This document shows, one piece after another, positions 24,942-32,150 of a stretch of 39,122 nucleotides of DNA. The stretch is taken from IMG/VR virus record IMGVR_UViG_3300038607_000022; one strand, 5' to 3'. This DNA comes from a virus. A model generated the notes under the pieces. That model was not told where the DNA came from, did no database searches, and worked only from the letters and a program-made list of their open reading frames with translations. A program made the translations under genes and the position numbers. The number at the start of each line of letters is the position of its first letter. Position 1 is the first letter of the stretch.

Positions 24942-26852
24942 ATGGCTTATTTTAGTGACAGAACAGGCGTAAACATCGATAAAGTTTTAGATGTTAATGA
25001 CGGCTATTTTACAACAGAAGATTTAATAAACTCAAATAACACACCATCATTAAATGATGTGATGAAAACGAATGGGTATACAACTCAAGGCGATGGCGGC
25101 GGTGCTCAATGGAAATTTACAGGCGTTACAGGTCAAACACCTAGTCAAAGCCCTCTACAGTTAGGGCTGGCATTAATAAATGACGCAGCCGGAAATCAAT
25201 TTGAGCTTTTACCTAGTGATGCTGGTTACTACTTATCAACAGCGGTAGGATTTTCAGAGTCACAAGACCCTGAAGATAATACGTATTTACTGCAAGCTGC
25301 GGTAAATACATTGATCAATAATAATGGTGGAAGGCTGCACACACCAAAGGGTGTTTACCCTATGGCGGCTATATACGATCTAGATCGTGCATACTTGCCA
25401 GCAGGCTTTGTGCCTAATGACGAAATGAGGCGAGCCAATAAAGGTTTAATAATCTATCAATCTCAAAATATAGAGCTTTCTGGTGACAAAGGCACTATAT
25501 TTGACAGAAGTGGTGACACCTCTATTAGTCCAACTTATTCAGAGCATTCATCAACAATTTACATCTCACAGTCAAGTAAAATTAAAATAACAGGTATATC
25601 CGGTCTTGGCTATCAAGTTGATTTAGATCTTTATAACGACATTAAATCAAACACGTCTGGATCACATATTTTAATTAATAATGGTTGTGATGACGTTATA
25701 TTGGAGGACATAAGAAGTCAAGATGGGACTAACGGTATAAGCATCGGCGTAAATAGGACTTCTAACGCGCAAGAAATAGATCCTTTATTGCCTGATTGCA
25801 CGAATATAAAGCTATCTAATGTCTCTACAGTAAATGGAGAGCACGGACTGCTATTAGCAGCAGTTAACGGGGTTCAAATAAGTAACTTAGATATATCCAC
25901 AATAGAAAGGAATTCAATAAAGGCAGCATTACAACGCGGAATATTTATTCACTCAGCAAGAAATGTGAAAGGTTCAAATATTCGCATCAGAGGCGCTTAT
26001 AAAACACCTATTAATATCGCAGACTATAGAGATGTTTACGATATCAAGCTAAACAATGTAACTATTGATGAGCCAGTAACAGGGGCGGAATATTTTTCTT
26101 ACACGGGATCTAATTATAATTTAACCTTTGAATCTATCGGCGTAAGGCTTTCTGGGCAGAATGGAAACAGCATTAGTGACGTTAAACTTTCAGGCTTAAG
26201 AGTTAATGACTACGCATCTGGCTCTAGAGTCCAAAGTTCAAATATTTTCAACATTGTTTATAGTGATATAGAGATACTGTCTCATTATGTAGGTATTGAT
26301 AATGTGGACTACAGAGAGGGAGCAACAACGCCTATTGAGCCTGACGGTCTATCAGTTTCAGGTGTGGTGAGTGTTGTAGATGACCAGACAAACTGGCCTA
26401 ATGCAGCGCCTAATAGCGGCGTTAATTTTAACGTAGTTTCAGCAGGGAAAGGTAAAAATTTGAACTTAAACAATTTAAGAGTGTTTTCTCAAAACAGAAA
26501 CGGAAGGATTGCAAACTGGGATGGAGCTGTTATTGGCGGTGAGTTTACTTTTCAGTCTGGCTTTGGAGGGGCAAGATCTTATGATCTAAACGCCTCTCTT
26601 GGTGATTTAAAAATATACGGAACAGTTTTTGGCACCCAAGGAAGGCCTAACAAGGGGCAAGACACACCTGCCGGTGCTGACACAGAAACGATACTATTTG
26701 ATATCGGAGGTATTAGGCGTAGCATTTTAACATCTACTACACCTGAACTAATTAGGGAGTTAAACGCAGAGCTAACAAATGACACAACCCTAACCTTTAA
26801 AATAAAAGGAGAGGATGGAACAGTAAGGCAAGCAACATTGAATCTATCTTAG
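24942..26852 (+). CDS. Tailspike / depolymerase (pectate-lyase-like beta-helix)
   Basis: 636 aa with repeated N/G/I-rich rungs. N-terminal GDGGGAQW motif. Last large gene of the tail module. Confidence 0.65.
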   Translation: MAYFSDRTGVNIDKVLDVNDGYFTTEDLINSNNTPSLNDVMKTNGYTTQGDGGGAQWKFTGVTGQTPSQSPLQLGLALINDAAGNQFELLPSDAGYYLSTAVGFSESQDPEDNTYLLQAAVNTLINNNGGRLHTPKGVYPMAAIYDLDRAYLPAGFVPNDEMRRANKGLIIYQSQNIELSGDKGTIFDRSGDTSISPTYSEHSSTIYISQSSKIKITGISGLGYQVDLDLYNDIKSNTSGSHILINNGCDDVILEDIRSQDGTNGISIGVNRTSNAQEIDPLLPDCTNIKLSNVSTVNGEHGLLLAAVNGVQISNLDISTIERNSIKAALQRGIFIHSARNVKGSNIRIRGAYKTPINIADYRDVYDIKLNNVTIDEPVTGAEYFSYTGSNYNLTFESIGVRLSGQNGNSISDVKLSGLRVNDYASGSRVQSSNIFNIVYSDIEILSHYVGIDNVDYREGATTPIEPDGLSVSGVVSVVDDQTNWPNAAPNSGVNFNVVSAGKGKNLNLNNLRVFSQNRNGRIANWDGAVIGGEFTFQSGFGGARSYDLNASLGDLKIYGTVFGTQGRPNKGQDTPAGADTETILFDIGGIRRSILTSTTPELIRELNAELTNDTTLTFKIKGEDGTVRQATLNLS

Positions 26853-26869
26853 TTTCTTTTAATAAATAT

Positions 26870-26897
26870 AGCGCGTTTAGTTTTCGCTATTCGCGCT
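26870..26897 (+). terminator. Hairpin after the tailspike (AGCGCG-N16-CGCGCT, then TATTATTT)
   Basis: 6-bp GC stem 18 nt after the stop, followed by a T-rich tail. Confidence 0.4.
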
Positions 26898-26911
26898 TAT
26901 TATTTCCATAA

Positions 26912-27406
26912 CATGATCATTGCAACAAGCAATCCGGCGAGGTTATTGGTGACACTGATGTCGGAGATATAACAATAAAAGGCGGCAGGTATTATGCTAA
27001 GGATGCTAGTTATAGAGGCTGGTGCAGCGAAATCAGAAACAGCCCTGTAAAACTTGATGTTTCTGGTTTAATAGTTTTTGCTGAAAATATAGGCACAGAT
27101 ATCATGTTTATGATCGCAGGAATATCAGGCGATTCGGCATCATATAAAAACATAACACTAAATATTAACAGTCAATCCTCATCTGGTATAAATTGCATAT
27201 TCACACGACCTATAAATAGCCTTGTCGGTGTTCAGCACACAGCTAAAATCGAGGGTATTACTTTTGACGGTGCAGGATTAATTGGTAATAATGTTATAGT
27301 ATCAAACCTAATGGACGCTTATATAAATAACTGTAGAGTAACAAGTGCATTGTCGTTTACAGATAACACAGGAGGAACAAGACTTACCTGGGGCGGGGAA
27401 ACATAA
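26912..27406 (+). pseudogene. 5'-truncated beta-helix (tailspike-like) relic
   Basis: The frame is open from 26912. The first in-frame ATG/GTG/TTG is at 27104, yet beta-helix-like sequence (DITIKGGRYY...) continues for 64 codons upstream. An out-of-frame ATG lies at 26913. Confidence 0.45.
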
Positions 27407-27426
27407 AAGACTTTACTATTACAATA

Positions 27427-27454
27427 CCGCTCAATTACTTATAGTATTGAGCGG
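27427..27454. terminator. Bidirectional hairpin between the convergent late and early-left operons
   Basis: CCGCTCAAT-N10-ATTGAGCGG, a 9-bp perfect stem with T-rich sequence on the plus side. Confidence 0.6.
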
Positions 27455-27537
27455 CTTGTAATTTAATCCACTTATTGACTAAACCTCTTTAGTTTTGTAG
27501 TGCGTTTCAATTTCTTTATAGTCTTGCGCTGTTCGTT

Positions 27538-27816
27538 TTATGTGATAGCTAAAACATCATCAACACTTTTTATTATTTCATATTCTCCCTGCCACTCATT
27601 CATAAATCTAATTTCTCCATCTGACAATTTTTGCTGGCTAGGTGGTTTGCTACCGTCTTTTATTTCTATCGCTATCGTCCTGCCATCCTTGCTAACAATA
27701 ATGTCGCAACAGTTTTTTAGTTGACTGATTATTAGCACGTACCAACCAAGATCACGAAAAGCTTTTACTATCTCTTTTTGATTTGCGTCAACTTTCGCGG
27801 CTCGCCTAAACGACAT
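27538..27816 (-). CDS. PD-(D/E)XK nuclease (VRR-NUC / Hjc-like), putative Holliday junction resolvase
   Basis: KVDANQKEIVKAFRDLGW ... CDIIV...IAIEIKDG fits a D...E-x-K core. 92 aa. Confidence 0.6.
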   Translation of the reverse strand: MSFRRAAKVDANQKEIVKAFRDLGWYVLIISQLKNCCDIIVSKDGRTIAIEIKDGSKPPSQQKLSDGEIRFMNEWQGEYEIIKSVDDVLAIT

Positions 27817-28093
27817 TTAATAAACCCTCAACTTGTTTTAATAATTCTTTTTCAGTGCCAAAATTAGCCTCAAAAGACTTTCTTCCGGCATGTACAGCTA
27901 CACCATTGTTACCAGTTCTATGGTGAATGTGGCACAAAGGTATCACTTCAAAATTTGATGCTCTCTTACCCATAGTTCCGTTGCCGATATGGTGTATTTC
28001 TGCTGGCATATCCATAAACCCATGATTGCGACAAACAATGCAGCCAAGAGACGCTACTTTGTCCATGTGTTCTTTTTCTTTTTTATTCGCCAT
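27806..28093 (-). CDS. ref: Ref-like RecA-dependent HNH nuclease
   Basis: LGCIVC...EIHHI...IPLCHIHHRTGNNGVAVHAGRKSFEANFGTEKELL matches the P1 Ref-type pattern. Confidence 0.7.
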   Translation of the reverse strand: MANKKEKEHMDKVASLGCIVCRNHGFMDMPAEIHHIGNGTMGKRASNFEVIPLCHIHHRTGNNGVAVHAGRKSFEANFGTEKELLKQVEGLLNVV

Positions 28094-28286
28094 GCTTCAT
28101 CAACTTCCCTAAAAACCAATGCAAAAACGTCTTTGGAGCACTTCTTTTTTCTCTTATCTTCGCAACGCAAGAGGGGCACAAATAACGATCCTTACGCTTT
28201 TTAAATAACTTTGTTTTGCTTGGTATTACTTCGCGGCATGAGTCACATATAACCGCTTTGTTAAGGCCACGTAAAAATACTTTCAC
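28083..28286 (-). CDS. Zinc-ribbon protein
   Basis: CDSC...CPSC pairs. GTG start preceded by GGAGGGAG. Confidence 0.6.
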   Translation of the reverse strand: MKVFLRGLNKAVICDSCREVIPSKTKLFKKRKDRYLCPSCVAKIREKRSAPKTFLHWFLGKLMKHGE

Positions 28287-28548
28287 TGTTATCTCCCTCC
28301 ACAGGCTTCATGGTTAAGCCTCTTTTTTTCATCTGCGGTATAACTCTATCGCTTAAATGTCTATTGAACTTATCGATTAAGCATTGTGGCTCACCATCGT
28401 ACAGATTCTGCAAAGTATCAATCCAATCAACACTTTCTTTGTATGAATCCAATATTTCAGCGTCAGTAAAGTCATCCCAATGTAATTCTATTTGCTTTTC
28501 TTGCCACTTCTTTGGTAGAAACATTATTATGATTGCTGGTAATTTCAT
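28261..28548 (-). CDS. Hypothetical protein
   Basis: GGAG RBS. Part of the operon chain. Confidence 0.6.
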   Translation of the reverse strand: MKLPAIIIMFLPKKWQEKQIELHWDDFTDAEILDSYKESVDWIDTLQNLYDGEPQCLIDKFNRHLSDRVIPQMKKRGLTMKPVEGDNSESIFTWP

Positions 28549-28623
28549 TTATCTATCTCCAATATTTTTCCAGCGCCAAACAGTTTTCATTCCTCTCAAC
28601 TTTTAGAGTTTTGGCGATAAAAC

Positions 28624-28857
28624 TTAATTACTCTTTACATGCTTAAAGCTACGAACACGCCAGCCGTCAGCTTCCATTTCATCAAGGTGCTGCTGCCAAT
28701 CTATATAGCGGTTATATCTCATTGTTTGATACTCCACCTTTGCGCCTCTAATCCCGTAATAGCGCGGAGTTAACTTTGTAAACTCAACTATAATATCTTC
28801 TGGTTCATATTCTTTATACGCTAGGTAAATTTCTTTTAAAAGCCCAAAAAAACTCAT
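28624..28857 (-). CDS. Hypothetical protein
   Basis: GAGGG RBS (TGAGGGTTATACAATG). Confidence 0.6.
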   Translation of the reverse strand: MSFFGLLKEIYLAYKEYEPEDIIVEFTKLTPRYYGIRGAKVEYQTMRYNRYIDWQQHLDEMEADGWRVRSFKHVKSN

Positions 28858-29042
28858 TGTATAACCCTCAAAGACTCAGGAATCCTACTGTAACTAAGCT
28901 TTGCGACAACCTCTTCAAGCGAGTCTATGTATTCGTTTTGTTCGTCTATCTCTTTTTGTTGAGACTTGATAATTTTATCAATATCTTTTGAGTAGCAATT
29001 GTCTTGCGCTCGTAGCCATTCAAATGTTTTATCTTTATTCAT
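28854..29042 (-). CDS. Hypothetical protein
   Basis: Overlapping start and stop with both neighbours. Confidence 0.6.
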   Translation of the reverse strand: MNKDKTFEWLRAQDNCYSKDIDKIIKSQQKEIDEQNEYIDSLEEVVAKLSYSRIPESLRVIQ

Positions 29043-29482
29043 TACTCATCCTTATACTTTAACTCTAAGCCATTATTGAACCAGTATAATCTTAAGCTAT
29101 CTCTGTATAGATTGTGTTGCTTTGTTTTAAACAGTGATGTTACCTGCAGAATATCCATCACGTTAATTTGCTGCTCTCGACTCATGCTGTAAAAACCTAT
29201 TTTATCGAGCGTGAAAGATACTCTTCTTGCGTAATCAGGAATAGATAATAGTATTGGTAGTCCGTGGTCTAACTTGCATGTATTGCCAGCGGTCCTAATA
29301 TCGTCTCCTGTAAATTCTGATATTTGCTTGTACCAAACATGCTGCTGCGCGTTAGCTGATAGAGTTCTTTTTCTATCCCAATCATCTATTATCACGCGAT
29401 AGTTTTTATTCGTAGTGATCAGATTTTTAAGTTGTTCAAAAACCCATAATAAAGAGTTGGCGTTTAACTTAAATTCTTTCAT
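29042..29482 (-). CDS. ninB: NinB/Orf-like recombination mediator (tentative)
   Basis: 146 aa, the same length as lambda NinB. RKRTLSANAQQHVWYKQIS resembles the NinB R-x-R-S-L-x-Q-N-x-x-x-W segment. Confidence 0.45.
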   Translation of the reverse strand: MKEFKLNANSLLWVFEQLKNLITTNKNYRVIIDDWDRKRTLSANAQQHVWYKQISEFTGDDIRTAGNTCKLDHGLPILLSIPDYARRVSFTLDKIGFYSMSREQQINVMDILQVTSLFKTKQHNLYRDSLRLYWFNNGLELKYKDE

Positions 29483-29616
29483 GCCGATAGCGCCAAAATC
29501 AAAACAAGTGAAAACAAAACAGTTTTATCAATATCGCTAACATCATCATTATTAGATATAAGAATAGCACCTTTAATAAAAATGATAGCTGCGATAAACG
29601 CTAGTAAGACTTTCAC
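29479..29616 (-). CDS. Micro membrane protein (45 aa), below the ORF-track cutoff
   Basis: GTG start overlaps the upstream stop (GTGA) and the stop overlaps the next ATG (ATGA). Two hydrophobic segments. Confidence 0.4.
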   Translation of the reverse strand: MKVLLAFIAAIIFIKGAILISNNDDVSDIDKTVLFSLVLILALSA

Positions 29617-29711
29617 AACATACACCAAACAACAAAAGTAATTAAAATTACATTCAATGTAAAAAATATTACCTGCTGCCTTCTAGCTTTTAAATTATCG
29701 TCGTGTCTCAT
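29613..29711 (-). CDS. Micro membrane protein (32 aa), below the ORF-track cutoff
   Basis: ATGA overlap with the upstream gene. One hydrophobic segment (VIFFTLNVILITFVVWCML). Confidence 0.4.
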   Translation of the reverse strand: MRHDDNLKARRQQVIFFTLNVILITFVVWCML

Positions 29712-29884
29712 AATTCAAATTCCTTCTCGATTTCTGCCAGCTCTTTTTGATGTTCTAGCAATCTACGGCGCTCTGTTTTTTCTTTCGCTGTTTGAGTCTG
29801 GCGTCTTGGCGTCATGCTCTCAGCGTTAAGGGTTTTATAAAATGTTGCGAACTCCGCTTGTGTTAGTGTGTTTGCGTTACTCAT
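29708..29884 (-). CDS. Hypothetical charged protein (58 aa)
   Basis: ATG 29884 is preceded by AGGAGA. The track start at 29920 is GTG with no RBS. Confidence 0.6.
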   Translation of the reverse strand: MSNANTLTQAEFATFYKTLNAESMTPRRQTQTAKEKTERRRLLEHQKELAEIEKEFEL

Positions 29885-29940
29885 TTCACTTATCTCCTGC
29901 TGTTTTATTAAACTTAGCACAATAAATACAGTAATGTGGT

Positions 29941-29968
29941 TTGACCAGTGAGATTATTTTGCTATTAT
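29941..29968 (+). promoter_or_regulatory. Sigma70 promoter on the plus strand inside the leftward operon (TTGACC-N16-TATTAT)
   Basis: Hexamers at 29941-29946 and 29963-29968. Points away from all neighbouring genes. Confidence 0.55.
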
Positions 29969-29974
29969 TGAGTT

Positions 29975-30042
29975 GAAACTTTTATCTCCAGTTTCTATCG
30001 ATGTTTCGCCCGGTCGTGGTTAGTTGGTGGCCGGGCTTTTTT
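29975..30042 (+). ncRNA. Candidate antisense small RNA of about 67 nt
   Basis: Runs from the predicted start to the GCCCGG-N17-CCGGGC hairpin plus T6 (30008-30042). 5' hairpin GAAAC-N11-GTTTC. Contains no ORF. Confidence 0.5.
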
Positions 30043-30076
30043 ATAACCCTCACTAACAAGGACGCAAGCGCCTTGT
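30040..30076 (-). promoter_or_regulatory. Conserved hairpin-plus-tail element, copy 2
   Basis: The minus strand reads ACAAGG-CGCTTGCGT-CCTTGT TAGTGAGGGTTATAAA. Starts 10 nt after the stop of the 30086..30340 gene. Confidence 0.5.
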
Positions 30077-30085
30077 AGTTTCGAG

Positions 30086-30340
30086 TTATGTGTTCTTCCC
30101 AATGTTATAAATAGTTGCAACCTGCGAATCATTAAGTCCGCGCTTTTTCGCTCCTTCTAAAGCATTTATTACCGTTTGCACTCCATGGTGGTAAATATCC
30201 AACTCTTCGGCATCATGGTATCCACCAAGGTAATCTAAACACCCTTTAGCTATTGCTATGGCATCATCAAAACACATAACAACAGGCTCAATCGGACTTG
30301 CTGTAGTTGGGTTTTTATCTTCGTCTTGCATCTTCGTCAT
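30086..30340 (-). CDS. Hypothetical protein (start may be ATG 30331)
   Basis: Same-strand ORF. AAGGA sits closer to optimal spacing for the second ATG. Confidence 0.6.
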   Translation of the reverse strand: MTKMQDEDKNPTTASPIEPVVMCFDDAIAIAKGCLDYLGGYHDAEELDIYHHGVQTVINALEGAKKRGLNDSQVATIYNIGKNT

Positions 30341-30399
30341 CCTTATTTATTCGTTGTAATATTTGCGCTCACAATCCGCAAGCGCGGTTAGCCTAATGG

Positions 30400-30606
30400 T
30401 TATTTAACGTAACAATCGCCATCTTTCATCACTATATTTATACGCTCTATTCCAAGATCGTAAACTTTTTCATTCATACACTTTATTTCGTCCTGATAGC
30501 GCTTCTCAGCCTCGTTCCAATCCTTAACTATAGTCGGCAGGGCTTCGACATATAAAACCGCCACACTTGCGATTAAGGCGCTTATAGCTAGTAAATTCTT
30601 AATCAT
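30400..30606 (-). CDS. Signal-anchored small protein
   Basis: N-terminal hydrophobic segment LLAISALIASVAVLYV. ATGA overlap with the RHH ORF. Confidence 0.6.
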   Translation of the reverse strand: MIKNLLAISALIASVAVLYVEALPTIVKDWNEAEKRYQDEIKCMNEKVYDLGIERINIVMKDGDCYVK

Positions 30607-30755
30607 CTCGTTACCTTCAATTCCTTATCACCAATAGCTCTGAACAATTCTGAAACATTCATATTGTAATAGCTGGCTATTTGCTTTAACTGCTCTTTTT
30701 GTTTGTTTGAAACATTAACTAAAACTTGCTTTGTTTGTTTAGCTTTCTTTTTCAT
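30603..30755 (-). CDS. Ribbon-helix-helix (CopG/Arc-like) DNA-binding protein (50 aa), below the ORF-track cutoff
   Basis: MKKKAKQTKQVLVNVSNKQKEQLKQIASYYNMNVSELFRAIG shows a basic tail, a beta-strand and two helices. Hand-translated, 51 codons. Confidence 0.55.
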   Translation of the reverse strand: MKKKAKQTKQVLVNVSNKQKEQLKQIASYYNMNVSELFRAIGDKELKVTR

Positions 30756-30915
30756 GTTCAATACCGTATTTTTCACAGTAATCTATAAACGGCTGGCGAT
30801 TGTCTTTTAATAGCTCTTTAAAAACCAGCTTACATTCGTCAAGTTGGTTCTTAGCTTCTATGTATTTGCAATGCCAACGATAAGCACCTATGTATTTTGG
30901 ATCTATATTTTTCAA
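30739..30915 (-). CDS. Hypothetical protein (58 aa from TTG 30915; the ORF track extends to 30948)
   Basis: AAAGAGGAA lies 7 nt before TTG 30915. The longer start at 30948 lies upstream of the predicted -10 at 30942..30937. Confidence 0.5.
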   Translation of the reverse strand: MKNIDPKYIGAYRWHCKYIEAKNQLDECKLVFKELLKDNRQPFIDYCEKYGIEHEKES

Positions 30916-30936
30916 AATTGATTCCTCTTTTTCACT

Positions 30937-30972
30937 ACTATAAACCAAATTTAAATGCCATGTGGTCGGATG
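30937..30972 (-). promoter_or_regulatory. Bipartite promoter-like box CATCCGACCACAT-N17-TATAGT
   Basis: On the minus strand the box is at 30972..30960 and TATAGT at 30942..30937. Identical architecture occurs at 37892-37927 (+). Confidence 0.5.
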
Positions 30973-31007
30973 AGTGTTTGAACTTACGTTAAGGCTCGAA
31001 AGCCTAC

Positions 31008-31178
31008 TTAAATATAATAACTTCTGTTTAACCAGTAATTTGTTATTTGTCCAGCTTTAGATTTTTTCTCGTATAGTTTATTCCTTTGTTTTTGACGAAT
31101 TATAAAGTCTTCTGAGATTTTCTTATCTATTGTTGGATCAGCTTTAAGTTCAATTAACTTTTGGAAAGTGTTGTGCAT
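31008..31178 (-). CDS. Hypothetical protein (56 aa), below the ORF-track cutoff
   Basis: AGTAGGGA RBS. 57 codons read by hand. Confidence 0.5.
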   Translation of the reverse strand: MHNTFQKLIELKADPTIDKKISEDFIIRQKQRNKLYEKKSKAGQITNYWLNRSYYI

Positions 31179-31186
31179 AATTATCC

Positions 31187-31441
31187 CTACTTTTGTGGAG
31201 TCTCGATAGCCCTATTAATTGCATTCGTGATTGCTTTAATTGTTTTTACACCTGCATCACTATTAATCATACCGTCAGGCTGTATTGAGTCACGTAAAGC
31301 GATTAGTGTGTCATTTCTAGTTTCCAGAACAATATCGTTAATATCACTCACAACCGCATCAATATAGTTGTCGTGAAGTACGCCTTTTAAATCCGACTTT
31401 AGGTTTTTAATTAACTTCTCCGCTTTCGCCATTTGTTTCAT
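31187..31441 (-). CDS. Hypothetical protein
   Basis: AGGAA RBS. 84 aa, helical. Confidence 0.6.
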   Translation of the reverse strand: MKQMAKAEKLIKNLKSDLKGVLHDNYIDAVVSDINDIVLETRNDTLIALRDSIQPDGMINSDAGVKTIKAITNAINRAIETPQK

Positions 31442-31618
31442 TTCCTACTTTTGCGTATGTAAATTCATCTTCTTTGATCACTTCTTTATCAGCAACAAGA
31501 CTCATTCTTGCTAACGACCTTGCCATTTCAGATGGCGTGTAATTTCTAACGTCACGAGCCATCATTTCAAAAAAAACCTAAAATAATCAACATCTAAGCC
31601 GTATTCGTTTTTAGCCAT
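31407..31618 (-). CDS. Split ORF: 18-codon ORF (31618..31562) and 52-codon ORF (31565..31407) joined by a -1 shift at a T8 run
   Basis: GGGG RBS before ATG 31618. On the minus strand the sequence reads T8 then GAAATGATGG. The second ORF has no RBS of its own. Confidence 0.35.
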
Positions 31619-31628
31619 GTTCACCCCG

Positions 31629-31868
31629 TTAATTTTTGTTAAGGCTCAAAGCCTGCTTTTGTGTGAGCTGGTTAATTTGATACTCTAGATTTTGCAATTC
31701 ATTTTGAACACCCGAATTAAGAGATTCGTAAAATTGCCAATCAGAGCTTTGGAATGCTGCTAGTTTATTTTGATGGAATTGCACTAACTGGCTAAATGCG
31801 TTTTCGATAATGCCAAGACGGGCGTTTAGTATTGCCATTTCTTTTTCTAACTCTTTTTCCATTGTCAT
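31629..31868 (-). CDS. Hypothetical coiled-coil protein
   Basis: Heptad-like, Q/L/E-rich sequence. Confidence 0.6.
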   Translation of the reverse strand: MTMEKELEKEMAILNARLGIIENAFSQLVQFHQNKLAAFQSSDWQFYESLNSGVQNELQNLEYQINQLTQKQALSLNKN

Positions 31869-31916
31869 TGCCTGATTTTATAAACTCTACGCATTAATAT
31901 AACACCAAAACCCCGT

Positions 31917-32150
31917 TTAACTGCTCCGATGAGTTAAGCCTCGCTCGATAGCTCTTTGCCGATAATGCCTAATCTGATCACTATTCAATCCAAATTTACG
32001 GCATGATTCATTAATGCCATGCTCCTCGCTATACAGCCATATCTTCCGCACTAGCTCTGGTTTTGCTTCTCTGCTGCTATTCTTGCTGCGTTTTATTTCC
32101 GGCTCTGTATTGCCTAGGGAGAATTTTTCGATTACTGATAGGTTAAACAT
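31917..32150 (-). CDS. Small HTH-type DNA-binding protein
   Basis: GINESCRKFGLNSDQIRHYRQRAIERG is HTH-like. Start overlaps the methyltransferase stop. Confidence 0.55.
   Translation of the reverse strand: MFNLSVIEKFSLGNTEPEIKRSKNSSREAKPELVRKIWLYSEEHGINESCRKFGLNSDQIRHYRQRAIERGLTHRSS

Noticed and set aside
27104-27406. Treating 27104..27406 as an intact 100-aa gene
   Set aside because: The reading frame and the beta-helix-like sequence continue 64 codons upstream with no start codon. It is reported instead as a truncated relic, though a functional short product cannot be excluded.
22616-28606. Shadow ORFs 22616..22861, 22639..22827, 23127..23345, 23828..24010, 23898..24119, 26579..26785, 27500..27724, 27989..28204, 28310..28606
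   Set aside because: They are embedded in, or antisense to, the tail-tip, tailspike, nuclease and Ref-like genes. The translations are hydrophobic or low-complexity, and no RBS is present.
30988-31006. Repeat GTTAAGGCTC(G)AAAGCCT at 30988-31006 and 31640-31657, forming small AGGCT/AGCCT hairpins
   Set aside because: One copy is intergenic, but the other lies within the coding 3' end of the 31629..31868 gene. The 5-bp stems have no U-tail on the transcribed strand, so it is too weak to call a terminator or element.
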